A DNA stretch of 37,985 nt from a virus (IMGVR_UViG_3300006120_000043:1-37985), one strand, 5' to 3'; shown: positions 9,700 to 18,473, counted from the first letter of the stretch. Program-made: numbers and translations. Notes: generated by a model not told the origin, from the sequence alone.

Positions 9700-11292
9700 T
9701 TAAATCCTTTGGACTTTGCCCTCAATAGGAGCGATTCTACGCTTTGCAAAGTTATTAGCATGGCTTACTAATGATTCTCCGTGGCCTTGAATCAACGCTA
9801 ATATTCCAATTCGTGCTGAGTCAATATGGTCATCAGGATCGCTAAAACGGCCATTTTGGTCAATCGCATAATTTCGTGCTTCGTCCAAAAATGCCTTGCA
9901 ATCTTCGTTAATCATTAAAGACCCACGTTCCATGCCAATCCGCATGACGTTAATACCATAAGATTTATGGTTAGTAACCTTGCCTTGGTCATTGGCTGGG
10001 TTAAGTATAGCACCAGCTATAACATTGAGACCGTAATTGTCTTCAAAAACTTCCCGCACCGATTGTTCGGTTAATGTATATCGTCCAGCTTGTCCAGCAT
10101 CATGTGGTAAAGCGATAGGAACCCCCCTAGATTCTCTATCAAGAAGATAGTGAACATACTCGTCAGGTGTTTCACCGCTAGGCACTTTAATCTGGCGATG
10201 TAAGTAGATATTTTCTGTAAAAGGATCGCGAAATAAAAAGGAAATAACAGTTGGGTCATTCTTGATCCCTAAGTCAAAGCTGATTAGTCGTTCAAGCTTT
10301 TCATTATTCTTGAGATCAATGTCAGAAGTTTTATAAATTGGCCAATCCAAAATAGGAAATACAACACCTTGGCCGACCAGCGGAATACCATTCATACGGC
10401 ATTCACGTTCCCACGGCATAAAGTCACGAGCCAACTGCTCACGTTCAGACTTTGTAAAGAATGGCTCACCCCATTCATTCTCATACGGCACGTCATCCCA
10501 TGTAACGCGAACGTGTGTGTACCCGTCTACACTATCCCAAAACTTACGCACAAGCCCTGACATACCTTTGAGCGGTGTAAATGAGCAAATGACCTGCCCA
10601 TTACGCGCTGCGGTACGCACAACCAACTCAGAGAATGTCTCGTCTGGCGGCTGCTCATCCAATACAACTAAATCAAGCTCAAAACCTTGCAGGTGACGGA
10701 CTTGTTGGGTGTAGTTGGAGAAATACAACTTGGATTTACCTCCGGTTGTATGCCAAATTTCAATAGCAAGTACATTAGCCCCGTCAGTACGCATACTCTT
10801 ATCATCAATACACTCCTTGGGAATCGAGCCGGTTCCTAATTTATAACCCTGCTTAATATCATCACAGCCAAGCATCTTGGACTGTAGCGTTTTGGCGACC
10901 TGCTCCCAGGATTCACCAGCGCACATAGCAATAATTGGACCGTCAAACGTCTTGCCTTTCCAGCCTTTGGGATAGCGGCCAGTTAGGTGGTATGCGGTTT
11001 CGTATGTAGATGCAATGGTTTTACCGGCGCGGTTGGCAGCAATCATGCCACGGCGGGTAAATTTATTGCCGGTTTCAAAAAATTTTTGCTGATAAGGAAA
11101 AGGACGAAACCATTTCAGGGCATTGAATTGCATATCATGTGCAATCTTGTCCCTGGCAAGCATCATCTTTTTGTATTGGTCTGGGGTAAAAAGCTTAACA
11201 ACGCTCTTACCACCAGCCAATTTAACTAAATGCTTTAACGCCCTGTCTTTAAATACTGGCTGGACGTAATCACTAGCTTCACTTTTTGCCAT
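9700..11292 (-). CDS. terL: Terminase large subunit (P22 gp2-like)
   Basis: Walker A 'AANRAGKT', Walker B 'LVVLDE', 'SFTPLKG' motif, nuclease 'SFDLG' and 'DDHIDS'. Confidence 0.95.
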   Translation of the reverse strand: MAKSEASDYVQPVFKDRALKHLVKLAGGKSVVKLFTPDQYKKMMLARDKIAHDMQFNALKWFRPFPYQQKFFETGNKFTRRGMIAANRAGKTIASTYETAYHLTGRYPKGWKGKTFDGPIIAMCAGESWEQVAKTLQSKMLGCDDIKQGYKLGTGSIPKECIDDKSMRTDGANVLAIEIWHTTGGKSKLYFSNYTQQVRHLQGFELDLVVLDEQPPDETFSELVVRTAARNGQVICSFTPLKGMSGLVRKFWDSVDGYTHVRVTWDDVPYENEWGEPFFTKSEREQLARDFMPWERECRMNGIPLVGQGVVFPILDWPIYKTSDIDLKNNEKLERLISFDLGIKNDPTVISFLFRDPFTENIYLHRQIKVPSGETPDEYVHYLLDRESRGVPIALPHDAGQAGRYTLTEQSVREVFEDNYGLNVIAGAILNPANDQGKVTNHKSYGINVMRIGMERGSLMINEDCKAFLDEARNYAIDQNGRFSDPDDHIDSARIGILALIQGHGESLVSHANNFAKRRIAPIEGKVQRI

Positions 11293-11467
11293 AGGTATCG
11301 CGCAACGTCAGCAGAATTTCTGCGGCACTAGCGAGATAATAGACCTGTTCAGGTTCCAATTTATGGGCGCCTTGGAGGTCTTTTTGCAGCCATTCAAGCG
11401 TTTTACGGGCGCAAGCTTCAGCCTGACCAGATAGACGCTCTCTAAAGACGGTTGCGAAATCTTCCAT
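11279..11467 (-). CDS. Hypothetical protein
   Basis: 62 aa, tightly packed with neighbours. Confidence 0.65.
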   Translation of the reverse strand: MEDFATVFRERLSGQAEACARKTLEWLQKDLQGAHKLEPEQVYYLASAAEILLTLRDTYGKK

Positions 11468-12109
11468 TTAATCCCACGGATTGGTAATGTTTTTAGCGGT
11501 GACTTCCATCATGCGCTTGTCAATCAAAGTCCAAATACCAGCACCTTTTTCACCGGCGCAGTATGTGTAAAGACCTCGGCCATCTTTAGTAAACGTGCCA
11601 TCAGGATTACGCAACACAGTTTCAGGTGTGCGTGGGTCCATCCAGGTATAGCGTTCAGGAACTGTTTGACCAAATTTATTGATACGAGTGCCAACAGCTT
11701 GCTGAACCAGAGGGCCAACAATTTGGTAAGTAATTAATTCATTACTGTATTTGCGGAAACAAATTTGCACCTTGTGATCCGATTGCGGGTCTTGCGGGTG
11801 AGGCATATTTGTAGCCACAAACTGATGAATTTGCGTATCAGTAGGAGGCAATGTAGATGAGCGAGGAGGAACCTTTTTAACCTCATCCACAGGAATCATT
11901 TCCCGTTTGTCCACATACGGGTTGTCCGTAGTAATGAACTCTTTAGGAACGACTTTTCCTTCTAAAGCATTCTTAGCTGCGATGTACTGGTCATCTTTTT
12001 TGCGGCCAACAAGGTTAAGCGCCAGCCCTGTTTGGTCATAGACAAACTGAGCCAGCTCTTTAGCCGTGGGTAAGTCTGCTTTTAAAGCATCAATATCATA
12101 CGTTGCCAT
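11468..12109 (-). CDS. Hypothetical protein
   Basis: 213 aa, AAGGA RBS, in the packaging operon. Confidence 0.8.
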   Translation of the reverse strand: MATYDIDALKADLPTAKELAQFVYDQTGLALNLVGRKKDDQYIAAKNALEGKVVPKEFITTDNPYVDKREMIPVDEVKKVPPRSSTLPPTDTQIHQFVATNMPHPQDPQSDHKVQICFRKYSNELITYQIVGPLVQQAVGTRINKFGQTVPERYTWMDPRTPETVLRNPDGTFTKDGRGLYTYCAGEKGAGIWTLIDKRMMEVTAKNITNPWD

Positions 12110-12118
12110 ACTTTTCCT

Positions 12119-12358
12119 TTACTTGTATGTGTAATTAGACTTGTTAGCCTCAAATTTACCACCGTTCACTTTAAGACGGCGGGGTCCTTCCATAACGACA
12201 TTGTTCATGCCTTCACGAACAGCACCAGCAATCTTTTCAGACCGCTCATGCTTTTCCTCAAAGCCTTCCAATTTGTCGTTAATTTGTTTGGTGTTGTTTC
12301 CTTTGGAAACTTGTGCGCCACCAGAAATTACGCGACCATATCCGGACATGATTAGCAA
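12119..12358 (-). CDS. Hypothetical small protein
   Basis: 79 aa; real start may be the internal ATG (MSGYG) after AAGGA. Confidence 0.65.
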   Translation of the reverse strand: MLIMSGYGRVISGGAQVSKGNNTKQINDKLEGFEEKHERSEKIAGAVREGMNNVVMEGPRRLKVNGGKFEANKSNYTYK

Positions 12359-12669
12359 TCCTTGTTATTGCCGCGATACAACGAGCCACGCACTCGTTTG
12401 TCTTCGCTGCCCAAGTAACCATTGTTGGTAGCAGGGCCATCAGTACCTTTGCCGCGCTTAGCAGTCACTTTTTGACCACGGCCAGCTTCAGGAGAACCTT
12501 TTGGCTTCATCTTAACTTCATGGCCTTCGCCATACATAGTAGAGCCTTCAGGACGGGTCTCAGCAGTAGCGCCACCTTTGCCGGTAGCAACAAACTTAGA
12601 CTTGTTACCCACACGGTTAGGCGCTTGAGCCATCAGCGTGGGAGCATTATTTCCAGATGTGTAGTGCAT
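12352..12669 (-). CDS. Gly/Lys-rich, probably disordered small protein
   Basis: 105 aa, start coupled by TAATG to the upstream ORF. Confidence 0.7.
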   Translation of the reverse strand: MHYTSGNNAPTLMAQAPNRVGNKSKFVATGKGGATAETRPEGSTMYGEGHEVKMKPKGSPEAGRGQKVTAKRGKGTDGPATNNGYLGSEDKRVRGSLYRGNNKDC

Positions 12670-12812
12670 TATTTCACCTTTCGTTTTTTGCCAGATTCAC
12701 GCTTCATAGCATAAGCGATCGCAACTGCTTGTTTATCTGGCTTCCCAGCTTTAACTTCAGTTTTGATGTTTTCTTTAAAAGTCTTTTCAGACTTACCCTT
12801 TTTCAACGGCAT
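12669..12812 (-). CDS. Small basic protein (MPLKKGKS...QAVAIAY type)
   Basis: Not in the ORF track; 47 aa MPLKKGKSEKTFKENIKTEVKAGKPDKQAVAIAYAMKRESGKKRKVK, a type frequently found near phage terminase genes; TAATG coupling to the next gene. Confidence 0.8.
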   Translation of the reverse strand: MPLKKGKSEKTFKENIKTEVKAGKPDKQAVAIAYAMKRESGKKRKVK

Positions 12813-12815
12813 AGT

Positions 12816-13244
12816 TTACACCTTATTTAAGGCAGACAAAAAATCAGCCAATGCTTCATCAGCATCAACTTCCTCTTTCTCTTGAACATTATTAACGTGT
12901 TCAATAGAAATAATCGGCGCTCTAGAAGATTCAAACGGTGCTAGTTTATCAGCAATCCTAGCCTTATCCCTTAGATCAATCTCTTCGCTTTGCATGGCAT
13001 CAATTAACACCTCCATAGCAGTCTTTAATGGAGGCAAACCAACAGCAGCACGTTCATCATTCATACGGTTAAACAAAGCACCGTATTCAGTAACCCGATT
13101 AACAACACTTTTAGGCCGACCAATAGACTTGGCTTTTTCAATAACTTGTCCTGTCTTTTTAGCAGCCCGCTTCTCTTTACGATATGCAAGTTCTTCAGGT
13201 GTAGTTACCTTTTCGCCGGAGGCCCGAATTTTTTCAGGAAGCAT
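12816..13244 (-). CDS. Probable terminase small subunit
   Basis: 142 aa with 'GRPKSVVN' motif and helical 'RIADKLAPF..R' region, upstream of TerL. Confidence 0.6.
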   Translation of the reverse strand: MLPEKIRASGEKVTTPEELAYRKEKRAAKKTGQVIEKAKSIGRPKSVVNRVTEYGALFNRMNDERAAVGLPPLKTAMEVLIDAMQSEEIDLRDKARIADKLAPFESSRAPIISIEHVNNVQEKEEVDADEALADFLSALNKV

Positions 13245-13740
13245 TCATTCTCTCCAATAGCTCAGATGTACGACCCCAAGCATACGATCCATTTACCTTA
13301 AACCCACGTTTTGCATGAATTTTCAAGAAGGCATCCTGCTCCGACCGTATGCTGCTCGAACAAATAACAGGAATACCGCAATGTGCCGCCCACAATATGT
13401 GCTGGTCAATCATCGCATTAACCAGTTTATACCTCGTTCTTACCGGCAACGCAAGGTTAACATGGTGGAACTTAGCATTACTAATCTCATCCCTAGAATA
13501 AGTCGTATATCCACCACGGTCAAACCAACAATACCCCAGCAACTTCTTTCCGTCCCAGCATCCCGCTAAGAACTCCTTACTCTTATCAAACAACTGATTA
13601 GTAGCCGTAACAGTAACGTGCTGTCTAAACACATTCTTGTCCCTTACCACAAATCCATCACTCTCAGCCCCGTAAATCCCATCAGCCATCTCTACAACAG
13701 CCTCTACATCCGTCCTCGGATCAATCAGTTCCCATCTCAT
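13234..13740 (-). CDS. GNAT-fold acetyltransferase-like protein, first gene of the late operon
   Basis: 'LLGYCW', 'FHHVNLALPVR.R..LV' and 'FLKIHAKRGF' match GNAT motif spacing. Confidence 0.6.
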   Translation of the reverse strand: MRWELIDPRTDVEAVVEMADGIYGAESDGFVVRDKNVFRQHVTVTATNQLFDKSKEFLAGCWDGKKLLGYCWFDRGGYTTYSRDEISNAKFHHVNLALPVRTRYKLVNAMIDQHILWAAHCGIPVICSSSIRSEQDAFLKIHAKRGFKVNGSYAWGRTSELLERMNAS

Positions 13741-14297
13741 TTCTATTCCTTTGGTGTCGTTTTACCGTAAGAGAGAGTAAACACTCTGGTGCGTAGTATA
13801 AGCTGACTTAGAAAAGTTTTTGTAAAAAATTTGGGAATGGGTGACTGGGCCTCCCCCCTCTGCCACCGCTCCAGCCCTACCCCCTCCCCCCTGCCCCTAC
13901 GCTTTCCCTCTGAGAATAGGGGGGGATGAAAAGATTTAGGTAGGGGCCGCTCTCTTTTATGTTTTTGTTTTAATAGTGATTAACTTATAAACAATGAATT
14001 AATCGCTGATGTTCTAGAAAATGCTTTAATGCTCTCTTACTGTTTCCCTTACTGTTTTCCCTCTATTGATTAGGAGAACAGAGACTGGCCTTGGTGCTTT
14101 TCTTTTCTTTTTTCTTTGCGCGATTTCCGTCTTATGTTTTGCCCTGCCTTGTTTACTTGCTGGGTCAACTTGGCACGATCTTTGCCAATAGCTATTAATA
14201 CACTTGAGCTATCAATAATCAAGTGTCAATAGTTTTTAACTAACTACTGTATATAAAACCATTAGGGTTTTCAGTTGAGTTTTTTTGTGCTTTTTTG

Positions 14298-14326
14298 TTG
14301 CCTTGGTGTATAGGCATGCTTATAAT
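14298..14326 (+). promoter_or_regulatory. Sigma70 promoter of early island
   Basis: TTGCCT-17 bp-TATAAT with T-rich UP element upstream; palindrome ATAGGCATGCTTAT overlaps spacer and -10. Confidence 0.8.
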
Positions 14327-14382
14327 CTAGCCATGCTCTACACCAGAGCATCTTAGAAAGTAAACCTTAAAGGGAGTGAAAA

Positions 14383-14697
14383 ATGTCAGACTTAAAAGAT
14401 CACGTTCAATCTATTGCCAAGACTCTCAGCGAGGGCTTCGGTGACGATCTCAACTATGAGGGCGAATCGTTCTCAGCTTTTGACTATCTTCAAGACGCCT
14501 TAGATATCGAATACATCATCAATAGAGATCGTGAGTATTTAGGCGCTCGGATTCTTGTCGCCTTCGGCGGCCCTAACATCTGGGTCAACACCCGCACGGG
14601 TACGGTTGAGGGCCACTGGTGGGGTGACAGTGCATCCGCTGGGTTCAAAGACTCTATCGGCCTCGATGAGGCATTGTCTGAACTTTATAACTGCTAA
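14383..14697 (+). CDS. Acidic early protein (GGPNIW motif), unknown function
   Basis: 104 aa, GGGAG RBS, first ORF after a strong promoter. Confidence 0.8.
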   Translation: MSDLKDHVQSIAKTLSEGFGDDLNYEGESFSAFDYLQDALDIEYIINRDREYLGARILVAFGGPNIWVNTRTGTVEGHWWGDSASAGFKDSIGLDEALSELYNC

Positions 14698-14708
14698 GAG
14701 GTGACGGC

Positions 14709-14801
14709 ATGAAAAGCCTATTAACTGACCTTATCCGCGCTCTTGTCTTTGTGGCCTTGTTTGCAGGGCCAGCCGCTCTCATGATGTATTTAAAGGGGTA
14801 A
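14709..14801 (+). CDS. 30-aa hydrophobic peptide
   Basis: Not in the ORF track; GAGGTG RBS; MKSLLTDLIRALVFVALFAGPAALMMYLKG fills the gap between two genes. Confidence 0.65.
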   Translation: MKSLLTDLIRALVFVALFAGPAALMMYLKG

Positions 14802-14804
14802 ACC

Positions 14805-15002
14805 ATGTTAACTATCAGACACCGTGCACCATACAAAAACAGTCTACCCGTTATTCGGGAGATTGAAGAAAAGACTGCCGACCTATGGCTAAGTTTAGGG
14901 ACGCTCAAAATCAATGACATAGGTTCAGAGAACACCTATTACGAAAATGAGTTTGGGATGCTTTTCTATTGCAAGAATTACCCTCAGACATGGAAGGACT
15001 GA
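14805..15002 (+). CDS. Hypothetical early protein
   Basis: 65 aa, AAGGGG RBS. Confidence 0.7.
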   Translation: MLTIRHRAPYKNSLPVIREIEEKTADLWLSLGTLKINDIGSENTYYENEFGMLFYCKNYPQTWKD

Positions 15003-15004
15003 CT

Positions 15005-15163
15005 ATGTTTACACACTATTACAAAGGTTTTTACATTAACGGGCGCTGCGATTGTGATGCCTGCTCTATCACTGACGAAACCGGCCACTTTATAGGACAA
15101 ACTTTCAAAAGTTACCGCGCCGCTCAGATAGCTATCACTAAATTTATTAATAACGTTTTTTGA
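15005..15163 (+). CDS. Hypothetical early protein
   Basis: MFTHYYKGFYING...; AAGGA RBS favours the ATG at 15005 over the track start at 14969. Confidence 0.7.
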   Translation: MFTHYYKGFYINGRCDCDACSITDETGHFIGQTFKSYRAAQIAITKFINNVF

Positions 15164-15165
15164 TT

Positions 15166-15186
15166 AAGGGCCTCGGCCCTTTTTTT
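15166..15186 (+). terminator. Rho-independent terminator
   Basis: AAGGGCC-TC-GGCCCTT followed by a T run. Confidence 0.8.
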
Positions 15187-15290
15187 ATCTCTATTGATTA
15201 AGCTGGCTTTTAGTGGCTGGCTTATCATTGGTGCGCCTATGCTTTGTGTAGGCGTTTGATTGACCTTTTTTTATGTTAAGGGGTTTAACT

Positions 15291-15491
15291 ATGTTTGACA
15301 CTATCACACCCAGCGGGTCAGGCTTTGCCTATGTCTTTGGCCCTGATTTTGATGATGCGCCCGTGATGATCCAACGATTGAGCAAGCCAGTAGAGAGCGG
15401 CGCTCAGTTTGTAAACGTCATTCCTACTGATGGCGGTATGACATACCAGAGCGTGATTTTGCCGCTTTATAACGCCATTGAAGCATTATAA
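15291..15491 (+). CDS. Hypothetical protein
   Basis: AAGGGG RBS before the ATG at 15291 (track start 15273). Confidence 0.55.
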   Translation: MFDTITPSGSGFAYVFGPDFDDAPVMIQRLSKPVESGAQFVNVIPTDGGMTYQSVILPLYNAIEAL

Positions 15492-15595
15492 AAAAGCCCG
15501 ATAAGTATAGTATGGTGACAAGCCCTTAAATTAGGGGCTTTGTTTGGTGTTTTCTTTTAAAATAGCCGCTTGGCTAGGGCTTTGCTTCGCCATGT

Positions 15596-15701
15596 GATTA
15601 TCAGCGGGATTATATAGCGTTATTATATAGCGTGATTATGTATTATTTTGACCGATTATCTCCGATTATATGAGGGGAGGGGGTTAGATAATCAGATAAT
15701 C
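15596..15701. repeat. Array of (G/T)ATTAT hexamers, seven direct and two inverted
   Basis: GATTAT/TATTAT at 15596, 15608, 15621, 15634, 15641, 15654, 15664; ATAATC at 15688, 15696. Confidence 0.7.
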
Positions 15702-15781
15702 ATTGGGTGTTTTTAGGTCTTTTTGTGGTTTAAGACCCCCCATCAATAAATGACCCCCCCATCAAATTTTTAGGGGGCGGC

Positions 15782-16156
15782 TTAATTTTCTACCAAGTGC
15801 TTTTTAGCTAAATATCTAATAGCATCTTCTGCTACTTTTTTCTTCCAAGGTCTGATTGTTGGATTGGTGGCTATCTTTGTCCACTCTTCTATTTGTTTTA
15901 GATGCGCTTGGTCAAAGGCTTCTTCTTTTTCTTTTCTTCCCAACTTCTTACCACTATCCAGCACCTCATGGCAGTAATAACACGCCCACACCGTGTATAC
16001 GTCCTCAGCCTTGATTGCCTTACCTTTCCCATGCTGATAACTGTTTGAGTGCGCTGCAACCGTTGTAGAACCCTCTGAGCCTAAGCACCTTGAGCTAATT
16101 CCTAACAAGCATGGTTGCCCTTCAGCAAGGGCTAATAGGTCATTTGATCTATACAT
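15782..16156 (-). CDS. DUF1364 (YbcO-like) HNH-type zinc nuclease
   Basis: 'PCLL....C......TTVAAHSN...HGKGKAIKA.D..TVWACYYCH' motif. Confidence 0.85.
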   Translation of the reverse strand: MYRSNDLLALAEGQPCLLGISSRCLGSEGSTTVAAHSNSYQHGKGKAIKAEDVYTVWACYYCHEVLDSGKKLGRKEKEEAFDQAHLKQIEEWTKIATNPTIRPWKKKVAEDAIRYLAKKHLVEN

Positions 16157-16242
16157 TAAAAAGGTGCTTCTTCAAAGTTATCAGGGTTAAATTTAGGCTT
16201 TCCAGGTTTGCTAAACGGCAATTGAGTAGGAAAAGGCCACAT
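16156..16242 (-). CDS. 28-aa Pro-rich peptide
   Basis: Not in the ORF track; MWPFPTQLPFSKPGKPKFNPDNFEEAPF, coupled by TAATG overlaps at both ends. Confidence 0.7.
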   Translation of the reverse strand: MWPFPTQLPFSKPGKPKFNPDNFEEAPF

Positions 16243-16568
16243 TATTGAAAAGCCCTCATTTCTACACGTTTACTAAACTCCAGCGTCTTAAAGACCTCAA
16301 TGGTCATCTTGGCGGCTTCTAGTAGGTATTTGAGCTTTGCTTCTTCTGCTACCGCTATCTTGAGGGCTTGCAGTTGATCCTTGTAGCGTGGGTGACTGTA
16401 GGCATACGCTTCTTTTGCACCCAGCGTTCCTGTTTCCTCGCCCATCAACTCGCTTTTTAGGCTGGTCAAATACTTTTCTATGTAGCTCACATCGGCCTTA
16501 GCTTGGCCGTATTGCTCTGCGCTTTTCTTTACAAAGTCAATAGCTCTAAATGCGTCTTCTTCATTCAT
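16242..16568 (-). CDS. Coiled-coil phage protein of unknown function
   Basis: 108 aa helical ORF, 'EAYAYSHPRY' motif, AAGGA RBS. Confidence 0.75.
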   Translation of the reverse strand: MNEEDAFRAIDFVKKSAEQYGQAKADVSYIEKYLTSLKSELMGEETGTLGAKEAYAYSHPRYKDQLQALKIAVAEEAKLKYLLEAAKMTIEVFKTLEFSKRVEMRAFQ

Positions 16569-16577
16569 AACAATCCT

Positions 16578-16847
16578 TTACATATAACGATTGATAAGGG
16601 CTTCCAATCCTTTGCGAATATCGCCCTCACCCATGTCTAACAATGCTGACACTTGAATAGTGTTGAGGTTTAGGTTAACCGTATGTGTGTAATCCTTCTC
16701 CCTCGGCCTCCCTGCTCCCTTCCTGTAACCTCCCCATTTGCCAATAGGTCGGCCTAACTTCTTCGCTCGGTAAGCTCGTCTTTTTTCCCTTTGCAATTCC
16801 TTGAACCATTCTGGCGGTCCTTCCGGATAGTTGAACGGAGATTCCAT
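16578..16847 (-). CDS. Small DNA-binding protein (GGxRxGAGRP arm)
   Basis: 'WGGYRKGAGRP' followed by a ribbon-helix-helix-like segment. Confidence 0.65.
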   Translation of the reverse strand: MESPFNYPEGPPEWFKELQREKRRAYRAKKLGRPIGKWGGYRKGAGRPREKDYTHTVNLNLNTIQVSALLDMGEGDIRKGLEALINRYM

Positions 16848-16986
16848 CGACTACTTGCTCCAATGTTGTAAATCTATGCTCGTTTGCACATTCATATCTA
16901 CGTCTTTTCCCATTCTCTCCATGTTTTCTTGTCTCTAAAACTTCTGTCCAGGTTCCACATTCAGGGCATTTCATTTCAATCTCCAC
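16675..16986 (-). CDS. NrdR-like N-terminal zinc-ribbon protein
   Basis: 'MKCPECG...VLETR.....RRRYECANEHRFTTLE'; no ATP-cone domain. Confidence 0.75.
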   Translation of the reverse strand: MEIEMKCPECGTWTEVLETRKHGENGKRRRYECANEHRFTTLEQVVDGISVQLSGRTARMVQGIAKGKKTSLPSEEVRPTYWQMGRLQEGSREAEGEGLHTYG

Positions 16987-17812
16987 AAAAACAAGCTATT
17001 GATTCGTCATGTTCATCAAACATAGTTGTCTGATCGGCTGTGTATTGCATCATTTCAGCATAGCTTGGCCTATCTTTTCTGAAACGCGCACCATCGGGCT
17101 TGCTTGCCAGAGCCAGAGCCTCCATTTTGGCCCACCAAATTGCACGTTCTGGTTTTTCTTTTATCAAGCTCATTGTTTGACTTGCTCCCTTTAAAAAGCA
17201 CAAGTCACAATTGCCGTGATAAGTAACTCCATTGATGTTTGGCAGTTCAAGATCAAAAGGTTGATTACGCCAAAACTCACCTACCATTTCTTTTGACACT
17301 CCAGCAGACACCAAAGGCGTCCTGTCTCTCGGTATCTTGGCGGCTCTTCTGGGTTCATCAGCTCTTATTCCAACCCAGCTCATGTATTCACCTTTGCTTC
17401 TTGTTTCGCACAAACCTTTTGAAAAAAGATAGTTTGCAATAGTGCGAATTTTCATTTCAATGGTGCAAAACCTTGTAACAGGGTTTGGCAAATAGTTTTT
17501 TTTGCGAATTACAGCTTCAAAAGGCTCACCGTTTCGGCTGGCAGTCTCGTAAGTTACTTCTTTCCAACGATCTTTGGATTCTTCTGCATCCTGATACTCA
17601 AGCCAAACAATCGGAACATTCCAATTGACAGCACAATCGTTAACAAACTTTAAAGTGGCTTCGTCTTCTTTTCCTGTGTTGGCAAAACAGACAACAGCAT
17701 CACTTGGCAAGCTCATATTGTGAGCCTGTAAAACCCTCCAGAGCATATAGGCTGATGTGCGGCCACCTGAAAAACTGATGCAAGTTGGCTCAAGTATTTC
17801 AAACGGATTCAT
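16976..17812 (-). CDS. PAPS reductase family (CysH-like PP-loop) protein
   Basis: 'SFSGGRTS' PP-loop, 'FANTGKE', 'RFCT..MK', 'GIRADE', 'GNCDLCFLK', C-terminal 'CFCGD'. Confidence 0.9.
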   Translation of the reverse strand: MNPFEILEPTCISFSGGRTSAYMLWRVLQAHNMSLPSDAVVCFANTGKEDEATLKFVNDCAVNWNVPIVWLEYQDAEESKDRWKEVTYETASRNGEPFEAVIRKKNYLPNPVTRFCTIEMKIRTIANYLFSKGLCETRSKGEYMSWVGIRADEPRRAAKIPRDRTPLVSAGVSKEMVGEFWRNQPFDLELPNINGVTYHGNCDLCFLKGASQTMSLIKEKPERAIWWAKMEALALASKPDGARFRKDRPSYAEMMQYTADQTTMFDEHDESIACFCGD

Positions 17813-18237
17813 TGCAAATCTTCCATAACAATAACTTCAACACACGGATGCTCACCGTAAACCTTGCTGACTTGCAGCCTAACAATCTGAGCATCATCAA
17901 CGTAAATAACGCCGTTTAAAGCATCCAAATGAGCTTTAGCTACATTGTCTAGGTCAGGCTTCTTAGTAGGCTTTAAATCGCCTAAAAGGGCCTTTGCTCG
18001 GTCTGCTTTGCTCATTGATTTAGGCATTGGGTAAGCACACATCACATAAACCTTTACAGCACCGGCTAACGGCTCTGAGACACCCATTGCTTGCTTGGCA
18101 GCATCACGGATTTCTTCTTCGTATGCTTTTGTTTTAGCAGGTGTATAGGTTTGTACAAACTTGCCTGTATTGCGAAACCGTGGCCGTCCTTTGCCTTGTG
18201 GCGGGCCTTCAACCCGATAAGTGACCATGAATGTCAT
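17809..18237 (-). CDS. rusA: RusA family Holliday junction resolvase
   Basis: 'PQGKGRPR', 'KKPDLDNVAK...DALNG..Y.DD.QIV.L...K.Y'. Confidence 0.93.
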   Translation of the reverse strand: MTFMVTYRVEGPPQGKGRPRFRNTGKFVQTYTPAKTKAYEEEIRDAAKQAMGVSEPLAGAVKVYVMCAYPMPKSMSKADRAKALLGDLKPTKKPDLDNVAKAHLDALNGVIYVDDAQIVRLQVSKVYGEHPCVEVIVMEDLQ

Positions 18238-18473
18238 TTCTTTGCCTTTCTCTTTGCTACTTCTTTGTTCATTGCTACTCTTAACATATCAGTTGCAGGT
18301 TTTCCTCTTTTTTTCTCTATGTCAATGATGGTGTCTTCCCACCACGTTCTTGCCGCACCAGAGCCAATCTCTCTTGACTTATCAGCATAGCGTCTAAGCC
18401 ACTCTCTCGCCTCAGTCTCTAACAACTGATGCAAGATGCCTTCGTAAGGATTAGTTGAGGCCAACAGCGTCAC
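18234..18473 (-). CDS. Hypothetical protein
   Basis: 79 aa, 'EAREWLRRY' motif, 4-nt overlaps with both neighbours. Confidence 0.7.
   Translation of the reverse strand: MTLLASTNPYEGILHQLLETEAREWLRRYADKSREIGSGAARTWWEDTIIDIEKKRGKPATDMLRVAMNKEVAKRKAKK

Noticed and set aside
16675-16986. Full NrdR repressor
   Set aside because: Only the zinc ribbon is present; no ATP-cone and no ribonucleotide reductase genes
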